In this document: piece by piece, positions 60,638-64,000 of the stretch
Position numbering within the stretch: the stretch's first letter is position 1
Layout of the letters: each line of letters begins with the position of its first letter
NCBI GenBank assembly: GCA_022844125.1
Contig: JALHMI010000019.1
Location: 40,359 to 104,358 of the forward strand
Direction of reading: 5' to 3'
DNA: 64,000 bases
Origin: Pirellulales bacterium
Lineage (GTDB): Bacteria; Planctomycetota; Planctomycetia; Pirellulales; PALSA-1355
Program-made: the position numbers and the translations under genes
The notes under the pieces: model-generated
The model's input: the letters and a program-made list of their open reading frames with translations, nothing else
Told to the model about the DNA's origin: nothing
Database searches by the model: none

Positions 60638-60665
60638 TTGACAGGAAGGGCGGACAGATTACAAT
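60638..60665 (+). promoter_or_regulatory. near-consensus sigma-70 promoter TTGACA-N16-TACAAT
   Basis: TTGACA at 60638-60643 and TACAAT at 60660-60665. Lies 70 nt after the cutA stop and about 260 nt upstream of the PEP-CTERM gene start. Confidence 0.45.
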
Positions 60666-60933
60666 CACCCCTGTTGAGACTACGTCTCAACAAGAACCGG
60701 CCCCTCGCCACGTCGCTCGCTGACCGGTTCTTCGCGCGGCACCTTTGCCTAGCTGGGTGCCGCCCTCGCTTGATCAGCCCGCCCGCCGTTCGCGCTCTGA
60801 GCTCCCTGCTGACGCGACCATCGCCCGCTCGCCACCTCGGTAATTACGCCGCCATTTCTTGCGGCCGGCTTCGTGTTTCCAGCGTTGGAGGCGCGTCCGT
60901 CATCGATTGACATTTCGCTTGAGGAGTATTGTT

Positions 60934-61679
60934 GTGCAAGTAGCAGCTCAGAGTTTGGCATCTCGATTTTCTGTCCTGGCGATTGCCGTCGCCGGTTTCC
61001 TTGCCATCAGCGCACCGGCAAGTGCGCTGCCGGTCAATTTCGGCGAACCGACCGCCTGGAACGTCGGCGATGTCGGTTCGACGTATCAGCAGTGGTTGGC
61101 TGTCAGTTCTGCCGTGCCGATCACTACGAACTTGGACCATGAGGCCAGCCCCGGCACGGGCACGCCGACTCTGACCCCGACTGGCGCGTTCGTGGCCAGC
61201 AGCGGCGGCTATTACGCCTTTAGCGCCAACTACTCGGTCACCGCGGCAATTCCCAGTGCCGGAGTTGCCGGCCCCGGCACGCACATCATCGTGCAGACCG
61301 GCGCCACGTTGAACCCGGACTACGATCCGGAAGGTAACGGCAGCGGCGGCAGCGTCCTGCGCGACACGATGCAGATTCTCGACTCGGGCAACAACGTGCT
61401 GGCCACGAGTCTGGCAGGCGATGTCACTCGCACTCATTATGACCCGGCGATGATGTCGTCGTTCGGTGAAGTGCAGTACGAGGAGCTCGTCTGGGAGATC
61501 TACCTGCCGGGCTTCACCGGTGACTTCAAGGTGGGCTTTAGCGAAATGGTCCACTCCAGCCTGCAAGTGCTGCGGGTCGATTCGTCGGTAGCCGTGCCGG
61601 AGCCCGGCTCCATTGCCATGCTTGGCGCGGGTTTGGTCGGCTTGGTGAGCGTCGTGCTCGTCGCCGCGCCAGCAAGTAA
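60934..61679 (+). CDS. PEP-CTERM-anchored secreted protein, apparently frameshifted near 61648-61650
   Basis: GTG 60934 with GAGGAG 7 nt upstream. Signal peptide ...VLAIAVAGFLAISAPASA. C-terminal VPEPGSIAMLGAGLVGLV is a PEP-CTERM motif plus TM. The expected Arg-rich tail and stop (RRARRRASK*, stop 61677-61679) exist only in the adjacent frame. The frame as sequenced has no stop until 62673. Confidence 0.6.
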
Positions 61680-61773
61680 CCTCGCGCGGGTTACACCCTC
61701 CGGGTACGGGGCGGGTCGGCTTCCGCTGAGCGGCCTGCTCCGTGCTCGGTTTTTTCTCTCTCGCCCACGCCCC

Positions 61774-62673
61774 ATGAACGACACCTCTTCAGCCTGCAAG
61801 TCACGCGGTTTCACGCTCGTGGAACTGCTGGTAGTAATTGCCATCATCGGGTTGTTCCTGGCGCTCTTGCTGCCCGCGGTGCAGGCAGCGCGCGAATCTG
61901 CCCGGCGCGCTTCGTGCGCGAGCAACCTCAAGCAGATCGGACTGGCCATGCTCCAGTTCGACGATCGCCACAAACAGTTGCCCAGCGCCGAGATGCTCAA
62001 GCCGGGCACGAACAAGGGGAACGGCGGCAGCGCGTTCATTCCACTGCTCCCCTATCTCGAAGAACAGACGCTGTTCGAGCAGTTCGATCCGGCGCAGAGC
62101 GTCACCACCGCCGCCAACAAGCGGGTGATCGAGACGCCGATCGCCATGTTTCGCTGCCCCTCGATGGTCCATTACTACGGCGATCCGCCCGCGGGCTGGG
62201 CCAGCTATGCCGTCTGCACCGGCAGTGGATATTCGCACTTCGCAGCGATGACGAGCCCCAATTATCACAACGGCGCGATTGTCGATCCGACCCGAGCGAA
62301 GGTCAAAGTGGTCAGCATCGCGAAGCTCTCGGCGGTGGACGGAACGTCGCGCACCTTCGTGGCGGGCGACATGGATTGGGGCCTTTCGAACATTACGGCT
62401 ATGGAAGGCACCTCGCTGCCGGAAACCGGCGGCAGTACGTTCTGGGGACAGGGATATCCCATCCAATCGCAAGGCTGCACGATGGGGGTCTTCAACGCCG
62501 ACCGGATCTACACCCGGTTTCACGAACTGGTGACCTTTCGCAGCGACCATCCCGGCGGCGTGAACATGGTGATGGTTGACGGGTCGGTGCATTTCATTGA
62601 CGAAGCGGCCGATCCGGACGTGCTCAACTACCTGGCGAATCGCGCCGATGGAAGACAGATTGAGAAGTTCTAG
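61774..62673 (+). CDS. DUF1559 'H-X9-DG' protein with prepilin-type N-terminal cleavage/methylation domain
   Basis: ATG 61774. KSRGFTLVELLVVIAIIGLFLALLLPAVQAARESARRASCASNLKQIGLA is the canonical DUF1559 N-terminus. C-terminal HPGGVNMVMVDGSVHFI gives H-X9-DG. Confidence 0.88.
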   Translation: MNDTSSACKSRGFTLVELLVVIAIIGLFLALLLPAVQAARESARRASCASNLKQIGLAMLQFDDRHKQLPSAEMLKPGTNKGNGGSAFIPLLPYLEEQTLFEQFDPAQSVTTAANKRVIETPIAMFRCPSMVHYYGDPPAGWASYAVCTGSGYSHFAAMTSPNYHNGAIVDPTRAKVKVVSIAKLSAVDGTSRTFVAGDMDWGLSNITAMEGTSLPETGGSTFWGQGYPIQSQGCTMGVFNADRIYTRFHELVTFRSDHPGGVNMVMVDGSVHFIDEAADPDVLNYLANRADGRQIEKF

Positions 62674-63055
62674 GCAGGGATCGGTCGTCGCGGCTGCCTG
62701 GGCGATTCTCATCGCCGGCATCTGCGGTTGCGGAGGGTCGCCGCAAGCCATCTCGGGGCGTGTGACGCTGGACGGCCAGCCGCTGTCCGAAACCGCGATT
62801 CAGTTCATTCCCAAGAAGCCCGGCGTGCGGAAGACGAGCTGCGAGGTCCAGAATGGCGCGTATCAATTGCCCCAGGAGAATGGCCTGCTGCCCGGCGAGT
62901 ATCGCGTGGACCTCGTCGATTTGCCGCCGCTCTCGCACTCGACGACACCGCGCCGGCCATTCCCTGCACGGTACACGGATACTTCGCCGCTATCGATCAC
63001 GGTAGAGCCGCAGGGGCCAAGGACGTTCGACTTCGCGCTCACGAGCGAACCATGA
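62648..63055 (+). CDS. small lipoprotein, carboxypeptidase-regulatory-like fold (usual DUF1559 neighbour)
   Basis: ATG 62648 (or TTG 62660) overlaps the DUF1559 stop. Lipobox-like AWAILIAGICGCGG. GRVTLDGQPL...YRVDL resembles a CarboxypepD_reg-type beta-sandwich. Confidence 0.7.
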   Translation: MEDRLRSSRQGSVVAAAWAILIAGICGCGGSPQAISGRVTLDGQPLSETAIQFIPKKPGVRKTSCEVQNGAYQLPQENGLLPGEYRVDLVDLPPLSHSTTPRRPFPARYTDTSPLSITVEPQGPRTFDFALTSEP

Positions 63056-63107
63056 GGACCGGATAAGCTGCCTCCGGTTTCGTCCGCAGGACGCATCGGC
63101 TAGACTC

Positions 63108-63297
63108 GGTGGCACCCAACGCCGTTAACCCTTTGCATGCTGAGATTCGGCGTGTGATTGGTCGGGTGCCACAGGTGGCCGCGTGGCGGCTCACCTGTGA
63201 CGCGCCGGCGAACGCCAGTACGGTTTGCGAGGCGAGCTCTTTTAAGTCGCCAAGTGCACCCAAGTCCGCACGATGGTTAACGGCGTAGGGTGGCACC
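63108..63297. repeat. MITE-like 190-bp unit: 23-bp terminal inverted repeats enclosing the 36-bp REP-like hairpin (63164-63199)
   Basis: Left arm GGTGGCACCCAACGCCGTTAACC (63108-63130). Right arm GGTTAACGGCGTAGGGTGGCACC (63275-63297). 21 of 23 positions are complementary. No ORF of its own. Confidence 0.7.
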
Positions 63298-63323
63298 TTC
63301 GACTCTCCGACCAACTGCCAACC

Positions 63324-63758
63324 ATGCTGCAATTCAACATCACAATTCATGCCTGCCCGCCTGACATTGTGGCCGGCCCGCAAGTTCCGCTGGCCGGGGG
63401 CTCGTATCGAACGCTCGCCGTTGCGCCGGCCGCGCTGGCGGCAACGACGTTCGATTGCACGTTCGAGGAAGCATCAGAAAGGCTCGAAGCCCTGCCGCGA
63501 ATGTTCCTCGAGCCGGATGGTTCGTTCGTGTGGACGTCCTCGCAGAGCGACCGCGTGTGGCAGGTGGATGGCAATCTTTATGACCGCGCCGAGCGGCTGG
63601 CCTTCGTCGACCTGAACGGCTGCTGCCCGGCGGAGGAATTCGACCGGCTGCTGGCCGCGTTCGGCTGGCCCCACACGAAGCTCGTCTTTCAGCTCACGCG
63701 CGAAGCGGTGGTGCTGGATGAAGCCGAGTTTCGCCGCTATGCCGCTTCGGCAAAGTAG
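63324..63758 (+). CDS. hypothetical protein
   Basis: 144-aa ORF from ATG 63324 (ATG 63273 is also in frame but sits inside an inverted-repeat arm). Composition is coding-like. No recognised motif. Confidence 0.5.
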   Translation: MLQFNITIHACPPDIVAGPQVPLAGGSYRTLAVAPAALAATTFDCTFEEASERLEALPRMFLEPDGSFVWTSSQSDRVWQVDGNLYDRAERLAFVDLNGCCPAEEFDRLLAAFGWPHTKLVFQLTREAVVLDEAEFRRYAASAK

Positions 63759-63782
63759 CTCTTGAGCGGACGACTCGACAAA

Positions 63783-64000
63783 CTACTCTACCGGTGCGCG
63801 GCCGATCGAGAAGTAGGTGAACTTGGCGGCCTTCATCTGCCGCGGCGTATAGAGATTCCGCCCGTCGAAAATCACCGCCGACTTCATCAGCGAGTGCATC
63901 TGGGCGAAGTCGGGCTGCAGGAATTCCTTCCACTCGGTCATGATCGCCAGTACGTCGGCCCCTTCCAGAGCGCCGTACGGCTGATCCGAGTACGACAGCT
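63783..64000 (-). CDS. UDP-glucose/GDP-mannose 6-dehydrogenase family protein, C-terminal fragment (gene continues beyond window)
   Basis: My own translation of the minus strand gives ...SYSDQPYGALEGADVLAIMTEWKEFLQPDFAQMHSLMKSAVIFDGRNLYTPRQMKAAKFTYFSIGRAPVE*, which is the typical UDPGDH C-terminal pattern. Stop at 63783-63785. Absent from the ORF track because the start lies outside the window. Confidence 0.75.
   Translation of the reverse strand, partial: LSYSDQPYGALEGADVLAIMTEWKEFLQPDFAQMHSLMKSAVIFDGRNLYTPRQMKAAKFTYFSIGRAPVE

Noticed and set aside
61629-61635. G GGT TTG heptamer as a programmed -1 frameshift site for the PEP-CTERM gene
   Set aside because: Slipping here would give ...MLGAGFGRLGERRARRRASK*, truncating the hydrophobic helis to about 10 residues. 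That does not fit the PEP-CTERM architecture. A simple 1-nt indel near 61648-61650 explains the data better.
60859-62673. 604-aa ORF treated as a single gene
   Set aside because: It joins a complete PEP-CTERM protein to a complete DUF1559 protein whose prepilin-type N-terminus must be N-terminal. I split it into two genes, and the anomaly is reported as a frameshift finding.

Overview
GC-rich bacterial chromosomal segment (roughly 60-65% GC by eye), almost certainly from a member of the Planctomycetota. The supporting evidence is a DUF1549/DUF1553 (PSCyt/PSD1-type) giant secreted protein, a DUF1559 'H-X9-DG' prepilin-like protein with its small lipoprotein partner, a PEP-CTERM protein, and a secreted protease with the LEQLESRWLMAADD-type N-terminus. 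I call about 50 protein genes, mostly housekeeping: cysI/sir, folD, hpt, asnB, glgC, gltBD with an upstream LysR regulator, rsmD, cutA, a cyclophilin, a TrmH-family and another RNA methyltransferase, ygiQ, a TPP-dependent decarboxylase and an SDR. There are also signalling genes: two histidine kinases, a sigma-54 NtrC-type activator, an orphan receiver, a BlaI/BlaR1 pair and an FHA protein. I saw no rRNA, tRNA, CRISPR array, transposase, integrase or phage genes, so this is not an obvious genomic island. Most very long ORFs opposite the called genes are GC-rich shadow ORFs. The observations most worth a second look are: (1) the 945-aa hybrid kinase at 33317-36154 begins with a three-helix domain that matches the plant ETR1 ethylene-binding domain, including the Cu-ligand Cys/His; (2) an orphan promoter-to-terminator unit with no ORF lies between two convergent genes at 36174-36516 and is a candidate ~300-nt ncRNA; (3) a PEP-CTERM gene loses its Arg-rich tail and stop through an apparent 1-nt frameshift and reads in frame into the next gene; (4) two families of dispersed intergenic hairpin repeats are present, one with a MITE-like copy and one expanded to a perfect 4 x 24-bp tandem array just upstream of the blaI promoter; (5) several near-consensus TTGACA/TACAAT promoters overlap palindromes or precede long structured leaders. 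All family assignments rest on motifs recognised by eye. No database search, HMM scan or RNA folding was run, and start codons are best guesses.
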